A stretch of 28,518 nucleotides of DNA. Source: Chiloscyllium plagiosum. Taxonomy: Eukaryota. Position numbers and translations under genes: made by a program. The notes beneath the pieces are model-generated. The model was not told the DNA's origin and made no database searches. It saw only the letters and a list, made by a program, of their open reading frames with translations. Below are positions 9,427 to 20,582 of the stretch, in pieces. Each line of letters opens with the position of its first letter. Position 1 is the stretch's first letter. The DNA is taken from positions 69,568,059 through 69,596,576 of the forward strand of contig NC_057711.1 in NCBI RefSeq assembly GCF_004010195.1, written 5' to 3'.

Positions 9427-12300
9427 TGGGAACCAAAATTGTAGTTCGATTATAGAAAAGGTTGAGAGTGGGAAGTCCAAAATAAAGTTTCAGGGACGCA
9501 AGATGGCACCGGCAAACAAAACGTTTGTTTGAGGTGTGCCTACTTCAACACCGGGAGCATCCGGAATAAGGTGGGTGAACTTGCAGCATGGGTTGGTACC
9601 TGGGATTTCAATGTTGTGGCCATTTCGGAGACATGGTTAGAGCAGGGACAGGAATGGTTGTTGCAGGTTCCAGGATTTAGATGTTTCAGTAAGAACAGAG
9701 AAGATGGTAAAAGAGGGGGAGGTGTGGCATTGTTGGTCAAGGACAGTATTACAGTTGCAGAAAGGATGTTTGGGGACTCGTCAACTGAGGTAGTATGGGC
9801 TGAAGTTAGAAACAGGAAAGGAGAAGTCAACCTATTGGGAGTTTTCTGTCGTCCTCCGAATAGTTCCAGAGATGTAGAGGAAAGGATAGCAAAGATGATT
9901 CTCGATAGGAGTGAAGGATAGCAAAGATGATTCTCGATAGGAGTGAGAGAGACAGGGTAGTTGTCATTGGGACTTCAACTTTCCAAATATTGACTGAGAA
10001 CACTATACTACGAGTACTATAGATGGGTCAGTTTTTGTCCAGTGTGTGCAGGAGGGCTTCCTGACACAGTATGTAGACAGGCCAACAAGGGGCGAAGCCA
10101 CATTAGATTTGGGACTGGGTAATGAGCCTGGCCAGATGTTAGACTTGGAAGTAGGTGAGCATTTTGGTGATAGCGATCACAATTCTGTTATGTTTACTTT
10201 AGTGATAGAAAGGGATAGGTGTATACCACTGGGCAAGAGTTACAGCTGGGGGAAAGGCAATTACGATGCGATTAGGCAAGATTTAGGAAGCATAGGATGG
10301 GGAAGGAAACTGCAGGGGATAGGCACATTAGAAATGTGGAGCTTATTCAAGGAAAAGCTACTATGTGTCCTAGATAAGTATGTACATGTCAGGCAGGGAG
10401 GAAGCTGTCGACACGCAAGCCGTGGTTCACGAAGGAAGTGGAATCTCTGGTCAAGAGGAAGAAGAATGCTTATGTTCGGATGAGATGTGAAGGCTCAGTT
10501 AGGGTGCTTGACGGTTACAAGGTAGCCAGGAAAGACCTAAAGAGAGAGCTCAGAAGAGCCAGCAGGAGACATGAGAAGTTGTTGGCGAATAGGATCTGGG
10601 TAAACCCTAAGGCTTTCTGTAGGTATTTAAGAAATAAAAGAATGACGAGAGTAAGATTAGGGCCAATCAAGGATAGTAGTGAGAAGTTGTGTGTGGAGTC
10701 AGAGGAGATAAGGAAAGCACTAAATGAATATTTTTTGACAGTATTCACTCTAAAAAACGACAATGTTGTCGAGGAGATTACTGAGATACAGGCTACTAGA
10801 CTTGGTGTGATTGAGGTTCACAAGGAAGAGGTATTAGAAATCCTGCAGCGTTTGAAAATAGATAAGTCCCCTGGGCCAGATGGGATTTATCATAGGATAC
10901 TCTGGGAAGCCAGGGTGGAGATTGCCGAGCCTTTGGCATTGATCTTTAAATCGTCATTGTCTACAGGAATAGTGCCAGAAGACTGGAGGATAGCAAATGT
11001 GGTTCCCCTGTTCAAGAAGGGGAGTAGAGACAACCCTGGTAATTATAGACCAGTGAGCCTTACTTCAGTTGTTGGTAAAGTGTTGGGAAAAGTTATAAGA
11101 GATAGGATTTATAATCATCTAGAAAAAGATAATTTGATTAGGGATAGTCAGCACGGTTTTGTGAAGGGTAGGTCGTGCCTCACAAACCTTATTGAGTTCT
11201 TTGAGAAGGTGACCAAAGAGGTAGATAAGAGTAAACTGGTTGATGTGGTGTATATGGATTTCAGCAAGGCGTTCGATAAGGTCCCCACAGTAAGCTATTG
11301 TACAAAATGCAGAGGAATGAGAGTGTGGGAGATATAGCACCTTGGATCAGTAATTGGCTTGCTGAAAGAAGACAGAGGGTGTTGGTTGATGGGAAATGTT
11401 CATCCTGGAGTCCAGTTACCAGTGGTGTACCGCAAGGGTCGGTGTTGGGTCCATTGCTGTTGGTCATTTTTATAAACGACCTGGATGAGGGCAAAGAAGG
11501 CTGGGTTTGTAAATTTGCAGATGACACTAAGGTCGGTGGAGTTGTGGACAGTGACGAAGGATGTTGTAGGTTACAGAGAGACATAGATAAGCTGCAGAGC
11601 TGGGCTGAGAGGTGGCAAATGGAGTTTAATGTGGACAAGTGTGAGGTGATTCACTTTGGTCGGAGTAACCGGAATGCAAAGTACTGGGCTAATGGTAAGA
11701 TTCTTGGTAATGTAGATGAGCAGAGAGATCTCGGTGTCCAGGTACAGATCCTTGAAAGTTGCCACCCAGGTTGACAGGGTTGTTAAGAAGACATAGAGTG
11801 TTTTAGCTTTTATTAATAGAGGGATCGAGTTCTGGAACCATGAGGTTATGCTACAGCTGTACAAAACTCTAGTGCGGCCGCACTTGGAGTATTGTGTACA
11901 GTTCTGGTCACCGCATTATAAGAATGTAGAAGCTTTGGAAAGGGTGCAGAGGAGATTTACTAGGATGTTGCCGGGTATGGAGGGAAGGTCTTACGAGGAA
12001 AGGCTGAGGGACTTGAGGCTGTTTTCGTTAGAGAGAAGAAGGTTAAGAGGTGACTTAATAGAGTTTTATAAGATAATCAGAGGGCTAGATAGGGTGGGCA
12101 GGGAGAGTCTTTTTCCAAGAATGGGGACGGCGAGCACGAGGGGCATAACTTTAAATTGAGGGGTCAAAGATATAGGACAGATGTCAGAGGTAGTTTCTTT
12201 ACTCAGAAAGTAGTAAGGGTATGGAATGCTTTGCCTACAACAGTAGCAGATTTGCCAACTTTATGTACATTTAAGTCATCATTGGACAACATATGGACGT
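9427..12300 (+). pseudogene. CR1 ORF2p: APE-type endonuclease plus reverse transcriptase, multiply frameshifted
   Basis: EN motifs YFNTGS, AISETWL, GGGVALLV, PTRG.ATLDL and SDHN. RT motifs DKSPGPDG, NYRPVSLTS, QHGF..GRSCLTNL, DFSKAFDKV, GVPQGSVLGP and FADD (11514-11525). C-terminal RPHLEYCVQFWSP. Broken by a 32-bp duplication and several indels. Ends are approximate. Confidence 0.95.
9883..9946 (+). repeat. Perfect 32-bp tandem duplication inside the ORF2 endonuclease
   Basis: AGGATAGCAAAGATGATTCTCGATAGGAGTGA occurs at 9883-9914 and 9915-9946. Confidence 0.97.
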
Positions 12301-12437
12301 ACATAGGTTAGATGGGCTTCAGATTGGTATGATAGGTCGGCGAAACATCAAGGGCCGAAGGGCCTGTACTGCGCTGTAATGTTCTATGTTCTATAAAGTT
12401 TTATTTTATAGTTTATGTTAGAAGTGTTCGAGAATGT

Positions 12438-12580
12438 TATGAATAGGAAGGGTTTGGAGGGATATGGGCCAGGTGCTGGCAGGTGGGACTGAATTGGTTT
12501 GGGATATCTGGTCGGCATGGATGGGTTGGACTGAAGGGTCTGTTTCCGTGCTGTACATCTCTAAGACTCTATGACCCTAA
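12438..12580 (+). mobile_element. Short 5'-truncated CR1 3' end (different family from A)
   Basis: Highly similar to 15459-15596 (ATGAATAGGAAGGGTTTGGAGGGATATGGGCC...GCTGTACATCTCTA). Ends in degenerate (CTATGACT)n. Confidence 0.9.
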
Positions 12581-12830
12581 GTATCAAGAGGAAGTGTTCA
12601 GACGTTCTCACTGGTGATGATAATTGACTCTTGCTGGTGTGGCACAAATTGTACTTTGCATTTCTCATTTCAACCTCAATGTTGTCCAGCTCTCATTGCA
12701 AGTGGGCATGGACTGCTTCATTATCTGAGGAACTGCCTTTTGAAGTGAATGCTGTGTGGTCATCACTAACAGCTCCTCTTACATTGGAAGAAAGGTCATT
12801 GAGAAAACAATTGAAGATTGATACAATACC
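12581..12830 (-). mobile_element. Continuation of the old L2/CR1-group LINE from 7370-8150
   Basis: Alignable to 16800-17040 (GTATCAAGAGGAAGTG vs ATATCCAGGGAAGATG; TTGTCCAG; ACTGCTTCATTATCTGAGGA). Confidence 0.72.
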
Positions 12831-14024
12831 AATGTAAATGACCTACTTCCAACTTCTCTCTTTATTGTTCTACGAGTCTGTGCTTCTCCAGACTGACTTA
12901 ATAAACAGGTCCAATCAAAATTTATATGCCTCTGAAAGTATTTAGTACAGGAACAAACTCCTTAAATCTAGTTTCCAACAATTTCTCTATTTTATCAATC
13001 CTACTATAACAATTGGCCAACTGAAAGTTTCTCCTTTGCATCCTGCATATCCTCCTTTCTACAACACAAAATGTTCAATCCTAAACTATCATTTTACAGG
13101 TCCATATGCTGGCATGGAGTCTTGCGTATCAGTAATTCATCAGCAAGTACATTTTTATTCCACATATTTCTTTAAAGCATATTGCTGGTAGGTGAGACAT
13201 TATCTGGCAATCATGACTTGTAAAGTTATTCATTTCATAAATATCTAATTTAACTTGTTATTTTCCAAAATCTCAAAACTTCGTGCATCCTGTAATCTGT
13301 AAGGTTTCAAACCCAAGCATTGGGTCCACCGACACAATACTTGCTGGTTCACCTTGTTGCTATTGGACTAGGATTCCTCTTGAACTTCCTTTAAATAAAA
13401 AAAAGGGCATTTATAAGCATACACGGAAAATAAACAATAAATTGGCCCAAAGTCTTTAGAGAGCTAATTCAAGTTCAGCATAAAGCGCTGTACAGCAATT
13501 TGTAGCAGTCCAAGGTTGACAGAACAAATCCACAACAGCATTCTGCGCATGTTTACATGAGAACAAATTGATATCAGCAGCATGTTTCAGGGAGTTCATA
13601 AGGTCCCTTATGCTTTTTCTGAAACATTTTCAAAGACAGCTGTATAAACGACTGTCTTCAGAGTGACAGGAAGTTTTAGTCTTTCTTTCCCCAGAGAGAC
13701 CCTGTATCTGAACAAGTCAAAAACCCTTGACGAAAGCAAACAGGGGAATTTTTTTCTCTGACCTTTTCGTTGCCTGCTTCAGCAAAGGTAATGGTGTTCT
13801 GATGAATGAGGAAATTTTGCTTGAGTTTTTTTTATAACTCGTCAATATGCATAATACATTGCAGCTGTTTGTCTACCTTGATTCTTTTTATTAATTCACA
13901 TTTATGCATGACAAATGTGCATTTTACAATCTGTTGGAGCAGATCTGTTGTCTGGAAATTCTACAATTAAAAATTTTCAGAATGTATTTTGCAGACCAAT
14001 CCTGGCATGGTATCTTTGTACAAC

Positions 14025-14119
14025 ATGGCAAAAATGTAACTATTAATTTCATGCATTTTATTAAAATGTTTCCTAACTTTTAATAAAATGCATGGTGTTA
14101 ATAGTTACATTTTTGCCAT
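14025..14119. repeat. 95-bp AT-rich inverted repeat (hairpin)
   Basis: A perfect 22-bp stem (14025-14046 / 14098-14119), a 3x3 internal loop, a perfect 17-bp stem (14050-14066 / 14078-14094) and an 11-nt loop. Confidence 0.95.
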
Positions 14120-15271
14120 ATATTTTTGAAATAGTGCTGTTGAACATGTCAATTTTTTTTTGAGGGTTGAATACTTCACACTTTAATGTGAAGTTTCCAC
14201 TCTGTAGTGTGACTACCATGACTTGTATGAATTTCTTGATCACCCAAGCATCACAAAATCCTCAATTAATACTGGATACTTTTCATGAGAGAATGAAACA
14301 ATGAAAAATTATATAAACAAATAATAGAGTCAAGGATATGTATGTGTATGATTGGCTGACTAGCTAAACCGCCAGCTCGCCTGTAATTTATCACTGAGCT
14401 TTCATTATTCTCTCTTGGAATAAGAGATTGAAAATGTTTTTCTGTATGTTACTGGTTCAAGACCAGTAGGAAAAAGGTTAATACTTTGCTGGATTTCACT
14501 ATTGCTTCAATTACTTATAACTGTCAAGAAGCAATCAGCACTTAAAATAAAGTGCAACTGCAGCAATCTCTTAATCAAACAGTGCAATTGAAAGGATATA
14601 ACCCCTCATACCTGCACATCTGTATTTTGTATACTGCTCGTGTCTGGTGATTTGGTGAGGCTTTGTTCCAGCAAAATCTATACTTTTATATTAATTGGCC
14701 AATTTTAACTTACTTATGATTGAAATCAGTTGTATTATTTCACCAAAGAAAAATATCTGTACGGCTGAGGAATACTTCATTACAGTTCCAAGTTGTTGCA
14801 CCACAGACTAGCATACATTTTCTAAATCCTGGGTCAGTGCCTCAATTTCACGCCACCAGCCAGGCCCTGGCCTTAGGTTTAAAATTGTAATTGATATGTA
14901 GCTGATATTGTAACTGATTCATATGTAAATGTAAACCTGCTAAGGTTTTATTTTACTTAGCTAAAGACTCTATGGTAAAGAGTTGAGCAGGGTCCAAAGT
15001 TTTATCTTAAAGGGAGGGAAGCAAAATTGGATGAAGAAGCATCAAGATACCATGTTGCTTATTCTTTTTGTGGCATTTTATGAACAAGTGTCCACACATC
15101 AACTTTATGAATATTCATGCATAACATGTGAATGTATAAGCAATCAAAAGGTAGAAATTTTTATCTTTGCTGCCAAGAAATAAAGTGTTATCTGAATAAC
15201 TTGGAGGACAATGATGAAGACTACCTAATGTTCTTGCTATTAATTTAATTTGGATGGGAAATTGGACATGC

Positions 15272-15596
15272 AGTTTTTCTCTGGGGTCAGGGAGTCCAGA
15301 ACTAGAGGGCATAGGTTTAGGGTGAGAGGGGAAAGATATAAAAGAGACGAAAGGGGCAATTTTTTCACACTGTGGGTGGTATCTGTATGGAATGAGCTGC
15401 CAGAGGAAGTGGTAGAGGCTTGTACAATTGCCACACTTAAGAGGCATTTGGATGGGTATATGAATAGGAAGGGTTTGGAGGGATATGGGCCGGGTGCTGA
15501 TAGGTGGGATTAGATTGGGTTGGGATATCTGGTCGGTATGGTCGGGTTGGACCGAAGGGTCTGTTTCCATGCTGTACATCTCTATGACTCTATGAG
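15272..15596 (+). mobile_element. 5'-truncated CR1 3' fragment
   Basis: Encodes the ORF2 C-terminus ESRTRGHRFRVRG..RGNFFT..VV.VWNELPEEVVEA..TLKRHLD. Followed by a 3' UTR and the terminal CTCTATGACTCTATGA. Confidence 0.93.
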
Positions 15597-16114
15597 TGAT
15601 CTTTCCCACTCCATCATCCTCTCTCTGTTCTTGACCTACAGATAAAGCTTTTAATGTCCAGACTATTAAGAAGAAAAAGTGCCTCATTGATACCTTTAAA
15701 AAAAATTACCATTCTTCAAAGCAACAATTAAAGCAATTGAAATTCCATTCTTAAAGATGTTAATTTTTTCCCACTTAGATTGAATTTATTAATCTAACTG
15801 TTAAATAAACTCTATAAAAATCGAGTATAGAAACAGGCCTTTGGCCTATCATAATGTATTCTAATTTAGGTTTTGTTTACTCGGAGATTATTTGTTGTGT
15901 TTACATTGGTAACAAATTTCAGTGGATTTCCCTACAATCTTCACATTGTTGAAATAGTCTGTTGTGTGCAATGATTCAGAAGTCTTTACCTTCCTAATCA
16001 TAAGCCTTCATAAAGGTAGTTTTTCATTAATGTACTGAAATTTAAATGTACAAAATACTGTAAAATTTAAAATTAATTTCCTTGAGAAATTAGCTTTTAA
16101 AAATATTTTTCAGG

Positions 16115-17528
16115 AGCTATAAACACTGCTAACTAGCCCAGGATTTGTTGCCCATCACAAATTCTTCTTGAGAAGATGGTAGTAAGGTACTTTCTTGAAT
16201 TGCTGCAGCCTTTATGTTGTAGACTTATTCACAGTATCGTTAGGAAATGAGTTTCAGCATTTTGATCCAGTGACAGTGAAAGAATTGTGATGAAGTTCCA
16301 AGTCAGGATGGTGTGACACTTGGATCTGGACTTGCAGTTGTGGTAATCCCATTTATCTCTCGTCCTTGTCCTTCTAGGTAGTAGAAGTTGTGGGTTTGGA
16401 AGGTGCTGTCAAAGGAAGCTAGGTAAGTTGATGCATTGAATCTTTTGAGGTACAAATTGCTTCTACTGTGCATAGGTGGTGAAGTGAATGAATGTGATTG
16501 ATGGATGGTACATTGAACATGTGGAATGCTTTATCCTGGGTGATATTAAGCTTCTTGAATGTTGTTGGAGCTGCACTCATCTAGGCAATTGAAGAGTATT
16601 CCATCATATTTCTGACTTCTACCTTGTAGATGGTTGGCAAGCACTAGTGAATCAAGAAGTGATTCACCACAGAATTCTTATCCTCTGACCTGATCTTTTA
16701 GCCATTATGTATATTTATGTGGTTGATCCAGTTCCAGTTCTGCTCAATGGTAGCCCCCCGAATGTTAATAACAGAGATTTCTGTCACAACATTCCCATGA
16801 AATATCCAGGGAAGATGATTATATTCTCTCTTGATTGACATTGTCTGTCACTTTATGATAGAAATGTTACCTGTAACTTATCAGCCCAAGCATAAATATT
16901 ATCCAGGTGCACATGGATCCAGACACTTCTGTATTGGAGGAGTTACAAGTGGTACTGAGTATTGTGCAATCATCAACAAATATCTCTACTTCTGACCTTT
17001 ATTTTGATGATTAGTTAACTGATGAACCATCTGAAACTGGTTGGATTTAGAACACTATGCCAAGGACTTGTATTGATGTCCTAGAGCTGCAATGATTGGC
17101 CTCCAACAACCACAGCCATTTTCTTTAGTGTTGGGGCTGACACTACCAGGAGGAGATTTATTTCCTGATTCCTGTTGATCCCAATTTAGCAGGAGCTCCT
17201 TAATACCACAGTTGGAAAAATGCTACCTTGATATCAAAGACAGTCACCTCAACTCATCTCTCATGTTCAGTTTTTTTTTCTTGTTTGGATCAAAGCTGCA
17301 ATGTTGTCAGAATCTGACTGGCAAGAGCAGAACCCAAACTGAGTATTGATGAGCAGGTTATGACTGTCTAAGTATCTCTTCATGTCGTTATCAATGACAC
17401 CTTCCATCACTTAGTTGGTGATTGAGAGTAGACTGACACAGTGATACTTGGCCAAATTGGATTTGTTTTGCTTTTTGCAGATAGGACATGCCGATCATGT
17501 TTTTAGGTAGATGCCAGTCTTGTAGCTA
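16115..17528 (-). mobile_element. Old L2/CR1-group LINE, RT region to 3' end
   Basis: The minus strand reads SVLNPTSFRWFI...IRSEVEIFVDDCT (FVDDCT at 16980-16963), a degenerate GSVLGP/FADD RT core. Same family as 7370-8150 and 12581-12830. Confidence 0.82.
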
Positions 17529-17556
17529 AAAAAAATCCATGTATCTTTTCTGTTAG

Positions 17557-17687
17557 AGGTTGATACTGGAGTATCAGTTGGCAGTGAGATTCCCATAGGC
17601 CACCATAAAACTTCCAAGAAAACGGAAGAACAAAGAGAAGAGTTAAAATTGAATTATGTCAACTCCAGCAGATTATCAGTGAAAAAG
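17557..17687 (+). CDS. Candidate internal exon of an unidentified host gene (131 nt)
   Basis: Branch-like CTAA (~17526), pyrimidine tract TATCTTTTCTGTTAG acceptor, purine-rich body and AAG|GTATTT donor. Only one frame is open: (x)VDTGVSVGSEIPIGHHKTSKKTEEQREELKLNYVNSSRLSVKK. The protein is not recognised. Confidence 0.35.
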
Positions 17688-17824
17688 GTATTTGAGTAAA
17701 TTCTTTTAATATGAATGATTTTGATTTGATTTTTGTAATATATGTTGAATACCAAATAACTTTATATTGCCTTGGTACAAATTATACGATGTCAATATCT
17801 TAGTTCTCCTGCAATAACGTCTTG

Positions 17825-17943
17825 CCCTGGGGAGTGGAAAAGTGGAGTTGAGGCCAAGATGAGATCAATCATGGTCATATGAAATGGCAGAGCAGGCTCA
17901 AGGGGGTCAATCGCTTACTTCTACTCTTAGTTGTTATGTTATT
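17825..17943 (+). mobile_element. Short old CR1 3' UTR fragment
   Basis: GGAAAAGTGGAGTTGAGG..AGATCAATCATGGTCAT..AATGGCAGAGCAGGCTCAAGGGG..TACTTCTACTC is the sense-strand version of the 3' ends at ~2670-2720 and ~6290-6340. Confidence 0.75.
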
Positions 17944-18589
17944 GCTTTGTATTAACTTTCTATTGACAAAACTCAGTGGCAACACTGAGACATTAAAACA
18001 TTTGACAATTACACATTTTTGGAGAAGTTAATCTCTAATTTCCACTTGAAATTCCTTGATAATTTAATGTACCACAATAATGGGTCATAGGTTTGGACAG
18101 AAAATTATGTTGGCTGCACTACTCTTTGTTTTTGTGAAGTTGATTTGGATTGTTGTGCTGTTATTTATGAATTTGAAGTCAGAAAAGACTATCTGAAATA
18201 ACTCCTGCTATTAAATTCAGAATATAGAATTATTTTTATGCTTTTCATCATTTTTGCGATGCAAGACTGAAGCGGGGTTTAGTAGCAGTTGCATGTTCAA
18301 CTGGCTAACTGGGATGAATAAGAATCATCATGTTACACAGTGATATTCCATCATATTTCTGTTCAGCACCATTTGTAAAATTTATATTATGTCTATCTGC
18401 TAATGTACCAAATAAATAAGACCAAGGCTTATTTGACAATTTTTGGGCTCTCCCTAGATTCTGAATGTGTTTCACAAAACAAAGTTCTGTAATTGGCTTA
18501 TTTATTCATGCAAAACTGTTTACTTGTTAGATGTAGGTTGAAATATCATTCTGATACAAAGACACTTTTAAGTAAAACCTTCTTCAGGT

Positions 18590-19245
18590 ATAGGGTCAGC
18601 CTAACCCACTGGCCAAAGATCTAGCGAGAGACCCTCACTCCTCTAATTGGAAAGGTCCACTGAACCATAGCCAACCAAGCAATGGTGAGGCCACCACAGG
18701 CTTTCCCTGGAATCAAGGACCCAGCATTGGCATTCAGCTGAGCAAGATGTACCAGCCAAACTGTGACCAGCAACCCTTGTGGTTAGTAACACCACATGAG
18801 ACAATGTAGTTGCTGGAGGGAGAGTACCTGCCAGAGTCTCAGGACCAAGGAGCAACTAAGGTAAGCAGTATTGGGGGCAGGAGTGTTGTGAGGTGCAGGT
18901 CGGAGTGAGAAGGGCATCAGGGCAAGCAGTAAAGGCAGGGTTGTGTCTCTCAGTGACTCCCCCTTCATGATGTACAGTGCCTCAATCAGGAACTAAATGC
19001 CTTTAATCAAGAGACCTTGCCCCTCCATCCCTCACTCCAAGATAATATTGCCTGCACAGTGTTGTATAGTGGCAGATCCGCCTGCAGCTGGCTTAATCCC
19101 ACCAGTGACAGGATGATGCTTTTAAGTGGGTATTAATTTCCCCGGATTGTAAAGCAGAGACAGGAAGACGTCAGGATTCAGGTACACCATCAACCTGACT
19201 GGTTAAATGCCCATTCCTACTCTAACGTTGCAGAAAATTCTGCCC
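18590..19245. repeat. Unclassified GC-richer segment, possibly a decayed DNA-transposon remnant
   Basis: Composition shifts relative to the flanks. The segment ends in AAAATTCTGCCC (19234-19245; reverse complement GGGCAGAATTTT), which resembles a Harbinger-type terminus. No partner TIR or TSD was found. Confidence 0.25.
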
Positions 19246-19449
19246 ATCAATTCTGCTCTATTTTTATTAAATGTACCATCACTGAAGACTCAGGAGGATA
19301 ACTTTCAACTTGTCTCCTTCATCAGTCTTTTTTTTCCAAAGGGCCTTTTGTAAAAACTGTTTTAATTACTGGAAAAGGCTGGCCAGAACTATAATGAATT
19401 GATTATTGTAAATCACAGCTGTTGTATATTCTTGAATTAATTTAATTGA

Positions 19450-19700
19450 GATAGCGGTTAATAAATCATACAGTGTCCTGGGCTTTATTAATCGGGCCAT
19501 AGAGTTCAAAAGCATGGGGGTTATATCGAACTTGTGTAAGTCACTTGTTTGACCTCAGCTGGAGTACTGCATTCAGTTCTGGACAGGGGGATGTGAAGGA
19601 ATTAGAGAGAGTGCAAAAAAGATTCATGAAGATGGTTCAGGGATGAGAAACTTCAACTATGAAAATAGATTAGGGATGTTAGGACTATTACCTTAAGCAG
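19450..19700 (+). mobile_element. Old CR1 ORF2 C-terminal fragment
   Basis: Translates VNKSYSVLGFINRAIEFKS.GV..NLCKSLV*PQLEYCIQFW, matching the family A segment at 11780-11910. Confidence 0.88.
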
Positions 19701-19900
19701 AACTTCCAAGTCAAAATGTGACTCTTAACTTATGGTACAGATTCAACTAATTCAGAATGGTAGGTTCTTTTTTTCTGGATATTCTCAAGTCTATGGGGGA
19801 ATGTTAAAATGTCACCAACATTGTTACAGGAAGAAAGTCATTGAATCTAATGCTAAAAGTTTGACTTGATAAATATTAGTAATTTTCTGTTTAAGTAGTT

Positions 19901-20194
19901 GCCGTGGGTGACTGCCTATGTGGAGTTTGCACATTCTCCCCGTGTCTGAATGAGTTTCCTCTTGGTGCTCTGGTTTCCTGCCAAAGTCAAAAAATGTGCA
20001 GGTTAGGTGATTAACTGTGCTGAAGTTGCCCTGTAGTGTCCAAGAATGTGCAGGTTATGTGCATTAAGCAGGTTGAATGTTGGATTAAAGAGGTAGGGTG
20101 GGCATGCTGGGTCTGGGTGGTATGCTCTTCAGAGGGTTGATGCAGACTTAATGGGCTGAATGGCCTCTTTCCACACTGCAAGGATTCAATGAAT
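19901..20194 (+). mobile_element. HE1-like V-SINE, 5'-truncated (no tRNA head)
   Basis: V-domain TGTGGAGTTTGCACATTCTCCCCGTGTCTG..GTTTCCTC..GGTGCTCTGGTTTCCT..GTGCAGGTTAGGTG, followed by a CR1-derived tail ATGGGCTGAATGGCCTC..GATTCAATGAAT. Confidence 0.88.
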
Positions 20195-20239
20195 ATGGTC
20201 ATTCTAAACTTCATTGTAATCAAATCTCTCGACCTTCTT

Positions 20240-20496
20240 AAGAACTAAACAATACTTTGCATTTGTATTCATTATAGAAAAGGACGATGTAGATGTAGAA
20301 ATTCAGCAAGGGATATAGAAATCAGAATCAGAGTCTAGTTGAACAAATTATAATTGGGAGCAAGGAGGTAGTGGAAGTTTTAGCAAGCTTGAAAGCGAAT
20401 ACCTCCCCAGGCCCAGATGAAATGTATTTGAGGCTACAGTGGGAGTCAACTGAAGAGCCTTGAGGTTCTGATATTAATTTTCAAAACCTCTTTAAA
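20240..20496 (+). mobile_element. Old CR1 ORF2 fragment (pre-RT region)
   Basis: Encodes EVVEVLASLKANTSPGPDEMYLRLQWE (cf. LKIDKSPGPDGIY.RILWE). Confidence 0.85.
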
Positions 20497-20582
20497 TGGA
20501 ATGCTGTTCGGAGGGTCAGTGTCAACCCAATGGGCTGAATGGCCTCTTTCAGTACTGTAAGAATTCTATGATTCTATGATTT
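20497..20582 (+). mobile_element. HE1/CR1-type 3' tail
   Basis: Matches 20115-20194 and ends in the canonical CR1 octamer (ATTCTATG)2. Confidence 0.85.

Larger units (their letters stand above)
8151..12394 (+). mobile_element. Full-length CR1-clade LINE (family A), inactivated
   Basis: Contains a GC-richer 5' UTR, ORF1, ORF2 (EN plus RT), a 3' UTR with GGGCCGAAGGGCCTGT and the terminal repeat (ATGTTCT)2AT. The 5' boundary is set where the host LINE sequence stops (..AAACCATCAA|). Confidence 0.95.

Noticed and set aside
13100..13191. Possible exon after a good acceptor
   Set aside because: The donor is ambiguous, two frames close early, and the phase does not join the other exon candidates.
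15115..15687. 190-aa minus-strand ORF
   Set aside because: Mostly the antisense of a CR1 3' fragment and spans both element boundaries.
17019..17040. CTGATGA...GAAA hammerhead-like words (also ~13799)
   Set aside because: No helix II pairing. The first lies within LINE RT coding sequence.
1992..19245. GGCCAGAATTTT (1992-2003) and AAAATTCTGCCC (19234-19245) as TIRs of one large Harbinger element
   Set aside because: Only 11/12 bp over 17 kb, with no matching 3-bp TSD.
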